From Gammaproteobacteria bacterium (GTDB taxonomy: Bacteria; Pseudomonadota; Gammaproteobacteria; JAJDYQ01), in NCBI GenBank assembly GCA_022825085.1, contig JAJDYQ010000036.1, forward strand, positions 3,007-67,006: 64,000 nt of DNA. The letters are read 5' to 3'. The translations under genes and the position numbers were made by a program. Shown piece after piece: positions 53,128 to 63,149 of the stretch. The stretch's first letter is position 1. Every line of letters begins with the position of its first letter. The notes beneath the pieces are model-generated. The model saw nothing but the letters and a program-made list of their open reading frames with translations, made no database searches and was not told the origin of the DNA.

Positions 53128-55302
53128 CTATATCGGTTGCAAGTCGGCATAGGTGATCACCAGCCATTTCGGGCCGGCCTCGGCAAAATGGACTTCAATG
53201 CGGGCATGTGGCCCGGCACCTTCCATATTGGTTACCATGCCTTCGCCGAATTTTTTGTGATTTACCCGCTGACCCAGCCTGAACGGGCTTTGTGCTGCTG
53301 CTGAAGGCCGGTCTGTGGGCAGGCCATCATGGGCCGCCTGTGTGATGCCGATCCGGGGGCGGATTTCATTGAGGAGATTGGCCGGTATTTCTTTTGCAAA
53401 CCGGGATATTTCCCGATAACCCTCGCTACCGTGCAGGGTTCTGGATTCGGCATAGCTCAACACCAGTTCTTCACGGGCCCGTGTAATCCCGACATAGCAG
53501 AGCCGGCGTTCTTCTTCAAGCTCGGACCCGTCGCCGGAATGGCGTGAGTGAGGGAACAGTCCTTCTTCCATTCCGCATAAAAAAACCAGTTGAAACTCCA
53601 GTCCCTTGGCACTGTGCAGTGTCATTAATTGCACACTGGCTTCTCCCGCAGCACTTTGTCCTTCTCCGGCTTCCAGTGCTGCATGGGTCAGAAATGCGGT
53701 CAGCATATCCATGTCCGGCTGTCCATCCGGGTCATAGCCATGGGTGAACCCGCGTGCAGCACTGACCAGCTCTTCCAGGTTTTCCAGCTTTTGTTCGGCC
53801 TTTTCGCCCTTGCCTTTGGCATAGTGGCTGGATAGCCCGGAGTGTGCAATGACATGGTTCACTTGCTCGTGTAATGGTGCGGTTTCTATCTGCCCGGCCA
53901 TGGAATCAATGAGTTTCAGAAAAGCAAGCAGGGCGTTGCTGGCCCGTGCCGTGAGTCGATCCCCGCCGGTTAACGAGGTTGCAGCCCGCCACAGGGTGAT
54001 GGATTGTTCGCGTGCGACCTGCCGAATGGTTTCCATTGTGCGCTCGCCAATACCGCGGCTGGGCATGTTCACTACACGTTCAAATGAGGCATCATCGTTG
54101 CGGTTGTTAATCAGGCGCAGGTAGGCGAGAGCGTCCTTGATCTCGGCTCTCTCGAAGAACCGCAGCCCCCCATATACACGATACGGTATGTCCTTGGCGA
54201 CGAGCTGCTCTTCAAACAGGCGTGACTGGGCATTGGAACGGTACAGTATGGCGATATCGGCATATGACTGCCCCTTGTCAACCGCCTGTTGTATGCGTTC
54301 GATGACAAAGCTCGCCTCTTCGCGGTCATTCCAGGCAGCATACAGCTCAATCGGTGCGCCGTCGCGGTCATTGGTCCAGAGTTTTTTGCCCATGCGACCG
54401 GAGTTGTTATCGATAAGTGCATTGGCGGCCGCCAGGATATTGCCGGTGGAACGATAGTTCTGCTCCAGTCTGATGGTCCGTGCCTGTGAGTAGTCTTTGG
54501 TAAAATTCAGGATGTTTTCGATGCGTGCGCCGCGCCAGCCATAAATGGACTGATCATCATCCCCCACAACAAAAGGATCGATCTGTTCACCTGCCAGCAG
54601 GCGTATCCAGGCATATTGAATCGCGTTTGTATCCTGAAACTCATCGGCCAGAATATGGATGAAACGTTCCTGATAGTGCTTCAGTAAGTCCGGCGTGTCG
54701 CGTAAAGTCTCCTGTGTGCGCAACAGCATCTCGGCGAAGTCAACCAGCCCTGAGCGCTGACAGGTTTCCTCATAGGCGCGATAAATGTCAATCGTCTGTA
54801 TCTGAATGGGGTCACCATAGTCGTTGAGATGCTGGTGACGGCGCCCTTCATCCTTTTGCGCATTGATGAACCATTGCACCTGACGGGGCGGATAACGCGA
54901 CTCATCCACTTCAAGCGACTTCATCACTCGTCGAATCAGCCGGTACTGGTCATCTGCATCCAGCACCTGAAAATCCTCAATCAGTCTGGCTTCACGCCAG
55001 TGCTGGCGGAGAAAGCGGTGCGCCAGTCCGTGAAATGTGCCAATCCACATCGCGCCGACAGGGTGGCGCAGTATGGCTTCCGCCCGGCTGCGCATTTCGT
55101 GGGCCGCCTTGTTGGTAAAGGTAACCGCCATGATTTGGTACGGGGACACGCCTGCAACCTCAATCAGCCAGGCTATGCGGTGAATCAGGACGCGGGTTTT
55201 GCCGCTGCCGGCTCCTGCCAGAACCAGCACCGCACCATCGGAGCATGAGACTGCTTCACGCTGAGCAGGATTCAGTTCCTCCAATATATGAGAGACATCC
55301 AT
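53128..55302 (-). CDS. uvrD: DNA helicase II
   Basis: 724 aa. MDVSHILEELNPAQREAV...VLAGAGSGKTRVLIHRIAWL is collinear with E. coli UvrD, and the SF1 motifs are present throughout. Confidence 0.93.
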   Translation of the reverse strand: MDVSHILEELNPAQREAVSCSDGAVLVLAGAGSGKTRVLIHRIAWLIEVAGVSPYQIMAVTFTNKAAHEMRSRAEAILRHPVGAMWIGTFHGLAHRFLRQHWREARLIEDFQVLDADDQYRLIRRVMKSLEVDESRYPPRQVQWFINAQKDEGRRHQHLNDYGDPIQIQTIDIYRAYEETCQRSGLVDFAEMLLRTQETLRDTPDLLKHYQERFIHILADEFQDTNAIQYAWIRLLAGEQIDPFVVGDDDQSIYGWRGARIENILNFTKDYSQARTIRLEQNYRSTGNILAAANALIDNNSGRMGKKLWTNDRDGAPIELYAAWNDREEASFVIERIQQAVDKGQSYADIAILYRSNAQSRLFEEQLVAKDIPYRVYGGLRFFERAEIKDALAYLRLINNRNDDASFERVVNMPSRGIGERTMETIRQVAREQSITLWRAATSLTGGDRLTARASNALLAFLKLIDSMAGQIETAPLHEQVNHVIAHSGLSSHYAKGKGEKAEQKLENLEELVSAARGFTHGYDPDGQPDMDMLTAFLTHAALEAGEGQSAAGEASVQLMTLHSAKGLEFQLVFLCGMEEGLFPHSRHSGDGSELEEERRLCYVGITRAREELVLSYAESRTLHGSEGYREISRFAKEIPANLLNEIRPRIGITQAAHDGLPTDRPSAAAQSPFRLGQRVNHKKFGEGMVTNMEGAGPHARIEVHFAEAGPKWLVITYADLQPI

Positions 55303-55561
55303 CAGGCAGGTCTATGTGTCGGGTCCAGTACCCTGATATCCGGGTTGGTATAGAGCAAGCGATTGTAGCCGGGATTGCAGGTCAGGGCTATGGTGCAGTA
55401 ATGCTGTTTCCGGTGGTTGTCAGTCGGCCGGTCTGTCGGATACTGGCCGATTGACGGAAGCCCGGCCAATAACCGTTTTTTAAAGCAGCCAGCAGTCTGC
55501 TATCGGGCAGCACATTGTTGAGCCGGATGCCGGAAAATTATTTTGATTTTTTGTTGCATAT

Positions 55562-55584
55562 GAGAATGATTCTTAATATTATTC
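55562..55584. promoter_or_regulatory. Candidate Fur box upstream of the iron(III) ABC transporter
   Basis: GAGAATGATTCTTAATATTATTC compared with the Fur consensus GATAATGATAATCATTATC (about two thirds identical by eye). It lies ~110 nt upstream of fbpA. Confidence 0.4.
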
Positions 55585-55690
55585 GTTTCATGCTATTCGT
55601 TGACCGTGCAGTGCTGGTGATTCCCGCTTTTTGGATGTGGCAGGCAGGGCGAAAGCACAAATTTATTGAGTATCTAAAATGGAGTTAGCA

Positions 55691-56716
55691 ATGAAAGTAG
55701 AAAATTATCAGGCACTTAAAGTGCTTGCCATGCTGTTATCCGGTGCCATGCTTTCCGTGGCATCATTTGTTGTGACGGCTGCCGACGAGCTGGTGGTTTA
55801 TTCGGCGCGTAAAGAGCATCTGATTAAGCCCTTGTTTGACGCCTATAGCGAAAAAACCGGTGTCGATATCAGATATATTACGGATAAGGCGGCACCCCTG
55901 CTGGAGCGTTTGCATGCTGAAGGTGAGAACTCACCGGCGGATATGTTGATTACTGTCGATGCGGGTAATCTGTGGCAGGCGGCCGAGAAAGGTGTACTGG
56001 CCCCGGTAAAGTCGGATGCGCTGGAGAAAAATATCCCGGCCTATCTGCGTGATGCCGATGGTCACTGGTTTGGCCTGTCGGTGCGTGCGCGTACCATTGT
56101 TTATGCACCTGACCGTGTCAAGTCTGGTGAGTTGACAACCTATGAAGGGCTTGCCGATCCGAAGTGGCAAGGCCGGTTGTGTTTGCGCACTTCCAAAAAG
56201 GTCTATAACCAGTCGCTGATTGCCATGATGATCGCTCAGCATGGTGAGGCCAAAACTGAAGAGATTGTCAGGGGCTGGGTTGCCAATCTGGCGACGGCAC
56301 CATTTTCAAATGACACCAGGACCATGGAGGCAATTGCCGCAGGCCAGTGTGATGTCGGTATTGTGAATACCTATTACTATGGTCGCCTGATGAAGAAATC
56401 TCCCGATACCCGATTGGCATTGTTCTGGCCAAACCAGAGTGATCGTGGTGTACACGTTAATATCTCTGGTGCAGGGGTGACCCGATATGCCCGCCACCGT
56501 GACGAGGCGATTAAACTGATCGAATGGTTGTCCGGTAGCGAGGCGCAAGGGATGTTTGCCGGCCTGAATCTGGAGTATCCGGCCAATCCCGATGTGGCCC
56601 CCGATGCCGCTGTACTGGCCTGGGGTGACTTCAGGCAGGATCGGTTGAATGTCTCAAAGGCTGGTGAATTGCAGGCTGATTCAGTGATGTTGATGGACCG
56701 GGCAGGTTATAAATAG
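55691..56716 (+). CDS. fbpA: Fe(3+) ABC transporter substrate-binding protein
   Basis: Signal peptide, then [20 protein letters not shown]...TVDAGNLW...NTYYYGR, FbpA/AfuA pattern. The start at 55691 follows GGAG. Confidence 0.85.
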   Translation: MKVENYQALKVLAMLLSGAMLSVASFVVTAADELVVYSARKEHLIKPLFDAYSEKTGVDIRYITDKAAPLLERLHAEGENSPADMLITVDAGNLWQAAEKGVLAPVKSDALEKNIPAYLRDADGHWFGLSVRARTIVYAPDRVKSGELTTYEGLADPKWQGRLCLRTSKKVYNQSLIAMMIAQHGEAKTEEIVRGWVANLATAPFSNDTRTMEAIAAGQCDVGIVNTYYYGRLMKKSPDTRLALFWPNQSDRGVHVNISGAGVTRYARHRDEAIKLIEWLSGSEAQGMFAGLNLEYPANPDVAPDAAVLAWGDFRQDRLNVSKAGELQADSVMLMDRAGYK

Positions 56717-56811
56717 TGGTTGCTGTCCGGCTCCGATCAGGAATCTTTGTTAAAGGTTGCTACAATGGGAATCGATGAAAGCCGGACTTTTCACCGGCAA
56801 ATCCGTTCGGG

Positions 56812-58428
56812 ATGTCGCGTATAAAAATTTCGGTCTGGAAGATAGCCACGATCATGCTGGCCATGATCGTGGTTTTCCCATTGTTGGTGGTTTTCTCTGG
56901 CTGGATGCAGACCGGCAATACGGTATGGCAGCATCTGGCAGAGACGGTGTTGGCCGACCTGCTGATCAATACGGTCTGGTTGTTGCTCGGCGTTGGTGTG
57001 CTGGTCACCATACTGGGCGTTGGTCTTGCCTGGTTGACGGTGATGTGTGAGTTTCCGGGTTGCAGGCTGTTTGACTGGTTATTGATGTTGCCGCTGGCGG
57101 TGCCTGCTTATGTCATGGCCTTTGTTGCATTGGGCACAATGGATTTTGCCGGTCCCGTGCAGAGTACTCTGCGAAGTATGTTGGGACATGATGGTTACTG
57201 GTTTCCGGAAGTGCGATCAACGGGTGGTGTTATTACTGCCATGTCACTGGTGCTGTACCCTTATGTTTACATGCTGGCGCGTTCATCTTTTCTGACCCAG
57301 GGTAACAGCCTGATTGAGACGGCCCGTTCCCTGGGCTTGTCGGCTTGGGGTGCCTTTTTTCGTGTCAGTATTCCGACAGCACGTCCCGCTATTGTGGCCG
57401 GCTTGTCTCTGGCTCTGATGGAGACGCTGGCCGATTTCGGTACGGTTGCGGTCTTTAATTACGATACCTTTACCACCGCAATCTACAAGGCATGGTTTGG
57501 TCTGTTCAATCTGCAGGCAGCTTCGCAACTGGCTTCTTTCCTTCTGGTGTTCGTTTTGATTGCGCTGACGACCGAGAGGCAGTTGCGTGGTCGCGCCAGA
57601 TACCATGAGACAGGACGAAGCAATCGTATTTTTCGTTATCGCCTCAATGGCTGGAGAAAGTGGGGGGCTGTCATGGCGGCAGGGCTGGTGCTGGTGATTG
57701 CCTTTATTGTTCCCGTGCTGCAACTGGGCCTTTGGGCGTGGGAGGTCATGGCAGAGGATCTGAACAGTCGATACTGGGGGCTGTTGTGGCATACCCTCGT
57801 ACTGGGGGGTATAGCCGCTGCGTTAACCGTCATCAGTGCCATGATACTGGCCTTCGCTCGTCGCTATCGAGCTGATCTGACAATTAAAAGTGCGGTGAAT
57901 ATCGCCACTCTGGGTTACGCCCTGCCTGGATCGGTGCTTGCAGTCGGCATCATGCTGGCTTTTACCAGTATTGATAATTTTATAAATACTCTGGCGGCTC
58001 TTGCCGGGCTGGAAATTTCTGGGCAGATATTGACCGGCAGTGTGTTTGCTCTGATTATTGCCTATGTGGTGCGCTTCCTTGCCGTGGCTTATGGGCCAAT
58101 AGACAGTGGTCTCGGACGCATACGCACCAGTCTGGCCGAGGCAGCGCACGGACTTGGAGCATCGGCGATGACCACCATGTTCCGGGTTTATATGCCACTG
58201 CTCAGGCCCGGTTTGTTGACAGCGGGTTTACTGGTATTGGTGGATGTCATGAAGGAAATGCCTGCTACCATGTTACTGCGCCCATTCGGGTGGGATACGC
58301 TTGCAGTACGTATCCATGAGATGACATCCGAAGGGGAATGGGAACGTGCTGCCCTGCCGGCGATTACTCTTATCCTTGTCGGTCTGGTGCCTGTCATCAT
58401 ATTGGTCAGACGTTCTGCGAGGCATTAA
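56812..58428 (+). CDS. fbpB: Fe(3+) ABC transporter permease (duplicated domain)
   Basis: 538 aa with two tandem BPD-type permease halves, each with an EAA-like loop (ETARSLGLSAW / EAAHGLGASAM). Confidence 0.88.
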   Translation: MSRIKISVWKIATIMLAMIVVFPLLVVFSGWMQTGNTVWQHLAETVLADLLINTVWLLLGVGVLVTILGVGLAWLTVMCEFPGCRLFDWLLMLPLAVPAYVMAFVALGTMDFAGPVQSTLRSMLGHDGYWFPEVRSTGGVITAMSLVLYPYVYMLARSSFLTQGNSLIETARSLGLSAWGAFFRVSIPTARPAIVAGLSLALMETLADFGTVAVFNYDTFTTAIYKAWFGLFNLQAASQLASFLLVFVLIALTTERQLRGRARYHETGRSNRIFRYRLNGWRKWGAVMAAGLVLVIAFIVPVLQLGLWAWEVMAEDLNSRYWGLLWHTLVLGGIAAALTVISAMILAFARRYRADLTIKSAVNIATLGYALPGSVLAVGIMLAFTSIDNFINTLAALAGLEISGQILTGSVFALIIAYVVRFLAVAYGPIDSGLGRIRTSLAEAAHGLGASAMTTMFRVYMPLLRPGLLTAGLLVLVDVMKEMPATMLLRPFGWDTLAVRIHEMTSEGEWERAALPAITLILVGLVPVIILVRRSARH

Positions 58429-58442
58429 ACCGGAGATGGATC

Positions 58443-59486
58443 ATGGCGGGTACGCTGGAAATTAAAAATATTCGATGCAGTTACGGCCGGGAAACTATCG
58501 TTGATAATTTTTCGCTTGATTTCAGTGATGCCACGCTGAATTGTTTATTGGGTCCCAGTGGCTGCGGCAAGACAACAGTACTGCGGGCAATAGCCGGCTT
58601 CGAGCCGATTCAGGCCGGCGAGATTATTCTGGACGGCCGGGTCATATCTTCCAGAGGGATGACTGTGCCCCCTGAGCAACGTGGTATTGGCATGGTGTTT
58701 CAGGACTATGCCCTTTTCCCGCATTTATCGGTAGCAGACAATGTCAGCTTCGGGTTGCACAAGTCGGGCAAAACAGAAAAGCGCAGGATTGCCGAAGAAA
58801 TGCTGGAGCTGGTTGGTCTGGAGGATTATCTGGATCGTTACCCGCATGAGCTATCCGGAGGGCAACAGCAGCGTGTGGCGGTTGCCAGGGCACTCGCCCC
58901 GCATCCCCCGTTAATTTTGATGGATGAGCCTTTTTCAAATCTCGATGTTGACCTGCGAGAGAGGCTGGTTCTCGATATTCGTGAAGTCCTGCGTCAAAGA
59001 CAGACCACGACCCTGTTTGTGACGCACGATCAGGGAGAGGCATTCATCATCGGTGAGCATGTTGGTGTAATGCACAACGGTTGTATCATGCAATGGGATT
59101 TGCCGTATAACCTGTACCATGAACCATGCAATCGTTTCGTTGCGGACTTTATTGGCCAGGGACGCTTGATTGAAGGTGTTTTGGCAGGCCCTGAATCGGT
59201 TAATACTTCTCTGGGGCTGTTAAAGGGTAATTGTGCTTACGCATGGCCGAAAGATACCAGGGTGGATGTATTGTTACGGCCCGATGATGTGCTGCTGGAT
59301 GTTGAAGGTGGGGTGGATTGCCTGATTACAGATCGGCACTTTAAGGGGGCGCAGATCATGTACACACTGCGCACGCCACATGGTGATGAGCTGCTGTCAC
59401 TGATGCCCAGCCATCTCGATATTAACGCCGGTCAGAAAGTCAGGGTTGGTATTGATGCAGAGCATCTGGTGATGTTCCGGCAATAG
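58443..59486 (+). CDS. fbpC: Fe(3+) ABC transporter ATP-binding protein
   Basis: Walker A GPSGCGKTT, signature LSGGQQQRV, Walker B LILMDEP. The start is taken at MAGTLEIKN (58443). Confidence 0.9.
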   Translation: MAGTLEIKNIRCSYGRETIVDNFSLDFSDATLNCLLGPSGCGKTTVLRAIAGFEPIQAGEIILDGRVISSRGMTVPPEQRGIGMVFQDYALFPHLSVADNVSFGLHKSGKTEKRRIAEEMLELVGLEDYLDRYPHELSGGQQQRVAVARALAPHPPLILMDEPFSNLDVDLRERLVLDIREVLRQRQTTTLFVTHDQGEAFIIGEHVGVMHNGCIMQWDLPYNLYHEPCNRFVADFIGQGRLIEGVLAGPESVNTSLGLLKGNCAYAWPKDTRVDVLLRPDDVLLDVEGGVDCLITDRHFKGAQIMYTLRTPHGDELLSLMPSHLDINAGQKVRVGIDAEHLVMFRQ

Positions 59487-59516
59487 TTGGCAGGGAGGCA
59501 GGTCATTAGCGGGGAG

Positions 59517-60797
59517 CTAGCAACGTTCTACAGACTCAACCATGGCATGGCACAGCCTGTTAAGGTCTTCCTCCTCGATGATATAGGGCGGCATGATATA
59601 GATAAATCGGTTGAAAGGTCTTATCCAGACCCCGCGTTCGACAAATATCCGGCAAAGCTCGGCCTGATCAATCGGATTATGGGTTTCTATAACGCCAATG
59701 GCACCCAGCACACGCACATCAAGTACGGCGGATGACTGGCGAGCGGGTTCAAGCCCGACACGCATGATTTTTTCGATAGTATGAACCCGTTGTTGCCAGT
59801 TGCTTTGCAGAAGCAGGTTAATGCTGACACCGGCCACAGCACAGGCCAGAGGATTGGCCATAAAAGTAGGGCCATGCATGAATACACCTGCCGGAGATTC
59901 ATGGATCGCCTGGGCGACATCCCCGGTCGTCATGACGGCCGCCATACTCATCATGCCGCCGGTCAGTGCTTTTCCGAAACAAAGAATGTCCGGTACGACC
60001 CCCGCATGCTGCATTGCAAAAAACTCGCCGGTTCGACCAAAGCCGGTTGCAATTTCATCGAAGATCAACAGCAGGCCATGTCTGTCACATATCCGGCGCA
60101 GACACTGCAGGTATTCTGGATGGTAAAACCACATGCCTCCAGCTCCCTGTGCGATGGGTTCAATAATGACAGCAGCGACTTCATGTTCATGCACTTCCAC
60201 CAGATTTTCCATGGCCTCAAAGTCGAGCCGATCCCAGTTTTCATGGAATCGGCATTTCGGGCGTGGCGCATGGATATTCCGGTTGAGAATGCCTTGAAAC
60301 ATGGAATGCATACCATTTTCCGGGTCACTGACAGACATGGCCCCACAGGTATCGCCATGGTAACCACCAAGAACGGTCAGAAACTTCGTTTTTTTGATAT
60401 GGCCTTTCGCCTGATGGTACTGTACAGCCATCTTCAGCGCAGCCTCCACTGCCACCGAACCTGAGTCAACATAAAAAATAGAGCGTAATGATTGAGGTGT
60501 TATGTCAATCAATGCCTGACCGAGCCGTACCGCAGGCTCATGTGTCAGGCCGCCGAACATGACGTGTGATATCTGATCAACCTGATCTTTGATGGCTTCA
60601 TTCAGGGCCGGGTGGCTGTATCCATGTATGACGCTCCACCAGGAGGCCATACCATCAATCAGTTGGCGACCATCTTTCAGCTTTATCCGGCAGCCCTCGG
60701 CAGACTCAACAACAAAGACGGGATCGTCACTGTCCAGCACCGCATATGGGTGCCATAAATGTCTTTTGTCAAAGTTCTGTATTGTCTCTGGGGTCAT
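59517..60797 (-). CDS. bioA: Adenosylmethionine-8-amino-7-oxononanoate aminotransferase
   Basis: 426 aa. HLWHPY..., class III aminotransferase PLP-lysine region (DEIATGFGRTG...PDILCFGKALTGG). Confidence 0.92.
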   Translation of the reverse strand: MTPETIQNFDKRHLWHPYAVLDSDDPVFVVESAEGCRIKLKDGRQLIDGMASWWSVIHGYSHPALNEAIKDQVDQISHVMFGGLTHEPAVRLGQALIDITPQSLRSIFYVDSGSVAVEAALKMAVQYHQAKGHIKKTKFLTVLGGYHGDTCGAMSVSDPENGMHSMFQGILNRNIHAPRPKCRFHENWDRLDFEAMENLVEVHEHEVAAVIIEPIAQGAGGMWFYHPEYLQCLRRICDRHGLLLIFDEIATGFGRTGEFFAMQHAGVVPDILCFGKALTGGMMSMAAVMTTGDVAQAIHESPAGVFMHGPTFMANPLACAVAGVSINLLLQSNWQQRVHTIEKIMRVGLEPARQSSAVLDVRVLGAIGVIETHNPIDQAELCRIFVERGVWIRPFNRFIYIMPPYIIEEEDLNRLCHAMVESVERC

Positions 60798-60808
60798 GCG
60801 GCTGGTGC

Positions 60809-61258
60809 TTATTGTTCGGAGAGCATGTCTTGTTTCGGGGCAGGGCCTTCGAGTATTTCATAATCGTGGGTGATTTCAGCCGTTTTGCCCAGCATGACGG
60901 ACGCAGAGCAGTACCTGTTTGCCGACATGCTGATACAGCGGGAAACATGCTTTTCAGAAAGTTCCAGACCATAGACGCGGAAATGAATATGAATTCTGGT
61001 ATAGACCCGCGGTATTTCGTCCGTGCGTTCCGCATCAATATCCACAGTGCAGTCGAGTACCTTCTGGCGGGCTTTTTGCAGCATTCGAACCACATCAAAT
61101 GCAGTGCAGCCGCCCAGGCCGAGCAGCAGCATCTCCATGGGGCGGGGGCCCAGATTGCGACCGCCGGATTCGGCCGGTCCGTCCATGGTGATCACATGTC
61201 CGCTGCCCGTTTGCCCCGTAAAGCTGCCTGCTTCGCGCCATCTTATCTGTGCCTTCAT
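60809..61258 (-). CDS. OsmC family peroxiredoxin-like protein
   Basis: 149 aa, GPRPMEMLLLGLGGCTAFDV...CSASVML, the two conserved Cys of OsmC/Ohr. Confidence 0.8.
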   Translation of the reverse strand: MKAQIRWREAGSFTGQTGSGHVITMDGPAESGGRNLGPRPMEMLLLGLGGCTAFDVVRMLQKARQKVLDCTVDIDAERTDEIPRVYTRIHIHFRVYGLELSEKHVSRCISMSANRYCSASVMLGKTAEITHDYEILEGPAPKQDMLSEQ

Positions 61259-61412
61259 GGTATCCCTTTTTCATTTAAGTGCTGGAACTGAAGCCAAAAG
61301 GGTAGCATAATCATAATTTCATATTTGTTGATGGTGCCGGAGAGTTTGCCCGGATATGCCTGAAGAACGTATCAGAGTCACTTTACGGTCCATGTCACAG
61401 AAGGAATCTATA

Positions 61413-62072
61413 ATGCAACAAAAGCTGCCAGTGCAAGGTCGGGGAGAAGGGCAGGGAGGCTATTTGTCCCGATTTCTTACGCACTGCCGCAAGCACCTGT
61501 ATCCCAAGAATGCAACAATTATTGAGGCAGGGCAGAAGCCGGATGTGCTTTATTACATTATTTCCGGTTCTGTAACCGTACTGATCGAAGATCCGGATGG
61601 TCAGAGAATTGTTCTGGCCTACCTGAGTCGGGGGGATTTCTTCGGAGAAATGGGCCTGTTCGATGAAAAGGAGCAGCGTAGTGCATGGGTCCGAACCAGA
61701 GAGAAGTGCGAGCTGGCCGAGATCAGCTACAGCCGATTTCGCCAGATTGCCAAGGACGATGCTGAGGTGCTCTTTGCGCTGGTTGGACAGATAGCGGCTC
61801 GCCTGCGCAAGACCTCCCGCAAGTTTGTCGATTTGGCGTTTCTGGATGTGGCGGGTCGTGTTGCGCGTACATTGCTGGAGCTTAGTCAGGAGCCTGATGC
61901 GATGACGCATCCGGATGGTATGCAGATCAAAATTACCCGCCTTGAGATCAGCAATATCGTGGGTTGTTCCCGTGAGATGGCGGGCCGGGTTTTAAAAGAG
62001 CTGGAAGAACAGGGCCTGATTTCAGCCAAGGGCAAGACGATTGTTGTACATGGAGGGCGAACAACGCCATAG
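61413..62072 (+). CDS. crp: cAMP receptor protein family transcriptional regulator (CRP/Vfr)
   Basis: cNMP-binding GDFFGEMGLF..RSAWVRT and C-terminal HTH RLEISNIVGCSREMAGRVLKELE. The start is taken at MQQKL (61413, preceded by AAGGAA). Confidence 0.88.
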   Translation: MQQKLPVQGRGEGQGGYLSRFLTHCRKHLYPKNATIIEAGQKPDVLYYIISGSVTVLIEDPDGQRIVLAYLSRGDFFGEMGLFDEKEQRSAWVRTREKCELAEISYSRFRQIAKDDAEVLFALVGQIAARLRKTSRKFVDLAFLDVAGRVARTLLELSQEPDAMTHPDGMQIKITRLEISNIVGCSREMAGRVLKELEEQGLISAKGKTIVVHGGRTTP

Positions 62073-62156
62073 TCTAACCAAGTACAGGATATACTGCGGC
62101 CTGCCGAGATGTTGTATTCACTATTTATCTAAGTATTACTGAAGGAGGAAGTTCAA

Positions 62157-62387
62157 ATGCTTTTTTTATCTGCTTTATTATTTTTAGTTGCATGGGTCTG
62201 GATGATTGTCACGGCGTTCAAGTCGGATCAGGTTGTATGGGGGGTGGTAATGATTTTATTTTTCCCGGCGCACTACCTGTACGGTATCCTGCATTGGAGC
62301 AAAGTGACCATCCCGTTTATCATGCTGCTGATATCGACCGGTCTGATGTTCACAATATCGCCCGAGGAAGTGGCGCATCTTCGATGA
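62157..62387 (+). CDS. Hypothetical small membrane protein
   Basis: 76 aa with three hydrophobic helices. RBS GGAGGAAG lies upstream. Confidence 0.4.
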   Translation: MLFLSALLFLVAWVWMIVTAFKSDQVVWGVVMILFFPAHYLYGILHWSKVTIPFIMLLISTGLMFTISPEEVAHLR

Positions 62388-62640
62388 GCTCACAGGAATA
62401 ACCAAGGACCACAGGGCCGCCTGCATAAGGGTTTCTTATGCTTGATATGATAATTCTGAATTGCTTTTGGGCCCTGCGGGGCTATGGTGTGTGTTGCACC
62501 AGTAAGGAGGTGGTTCGTTGCTTTTGTCGGAAACCCGCTGTAAGCATTTGTTTTTCAGCAAGTATTTTGTCAACTGTGCTCGCCAGACAGTCCTTTCGTG
62601 TAAAAAACCTTTTACTGACAGTTAACTAACGGAGTAAATC

Positions 62641-63108
62641 ATGCCTACTTTTGTACGCACCGAAAAGTGTGATGGCTGCAAGGGCCAGGATAAGACTGCT
62701 TGCATGTACATCTGCCCACATGACCTGATGAAACTTGATAAGGATGGTTCGGAGACCGGTCATGCGATGAAGTCCTACAATCAGGAGCCGGAGCAATGCT
62801 GGGAATGCTATTCCTGCGTGAAGATCTGCCCCCAGAATGCCATTGAGGCCCGCCACTATGCAGATATTGTGCCTCTGGGTGGTTCGGTGCAGCCCCTGCG
62901 AGGTTCTGACTCCATCATGTGGACCATCAAGTTCCGTAACGGCACCATGAAGCGTTTCAAGTTCCCGATTCGCACCACCCCGGAAGGTTCCATTGACCCT
63001 TATGCGGGCAAGCCGGAGGCTGATATGGGAAAGATCACCGGGAACGGCTTCTTTGTAGAGCAAAACGGCTATCGTACCGGTGATCCGGGCGAGCTGCTGC
63101 GCACGTAA
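62641..63108 (+). CDS. aprB: Adenylylsulfate reductase beta subunit
   Basis: 155 aa, MPTFVRTEKCDGCKG...CMYICPHDLM...CWECYSCVKICPQNAI, the two [4Fe-4S] cysteine clusters of AprB. Confidence 0.93.
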   Translation: MPTFVRTEKCDGCKGQDKTACMYICPHDLMKLDKDGSETGHAMKSYNQEPEQCWECYSCVKICPQNAIEARHYADIVPLGGSVQPLRGSDSIMWTIKFRNGTMKRFKFPIRTTPEGSIDPYAGKPEADMGKITGNGFFVEQNGYRTGDPGELLRT

Positions 63109-63149
63109 TTGTTGTTATTGTTCAGGTACAAACAATAGGAGAGATTAAG

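Noticed and set aside
55404-55423. CTGT...CAG sequence upstream of uvrD as a LexA (SOS) box
   Set aside because: The spacing does not fit CTGT-N8-ACAG, and the right half is not ACAG.
62438-62629. 63-aa ORF upstream of aprB
   Set aside because: It has Cys/Arg-rich odd composition and no RBS, and it lies in what is more likely the aprBA promoter/leader region.
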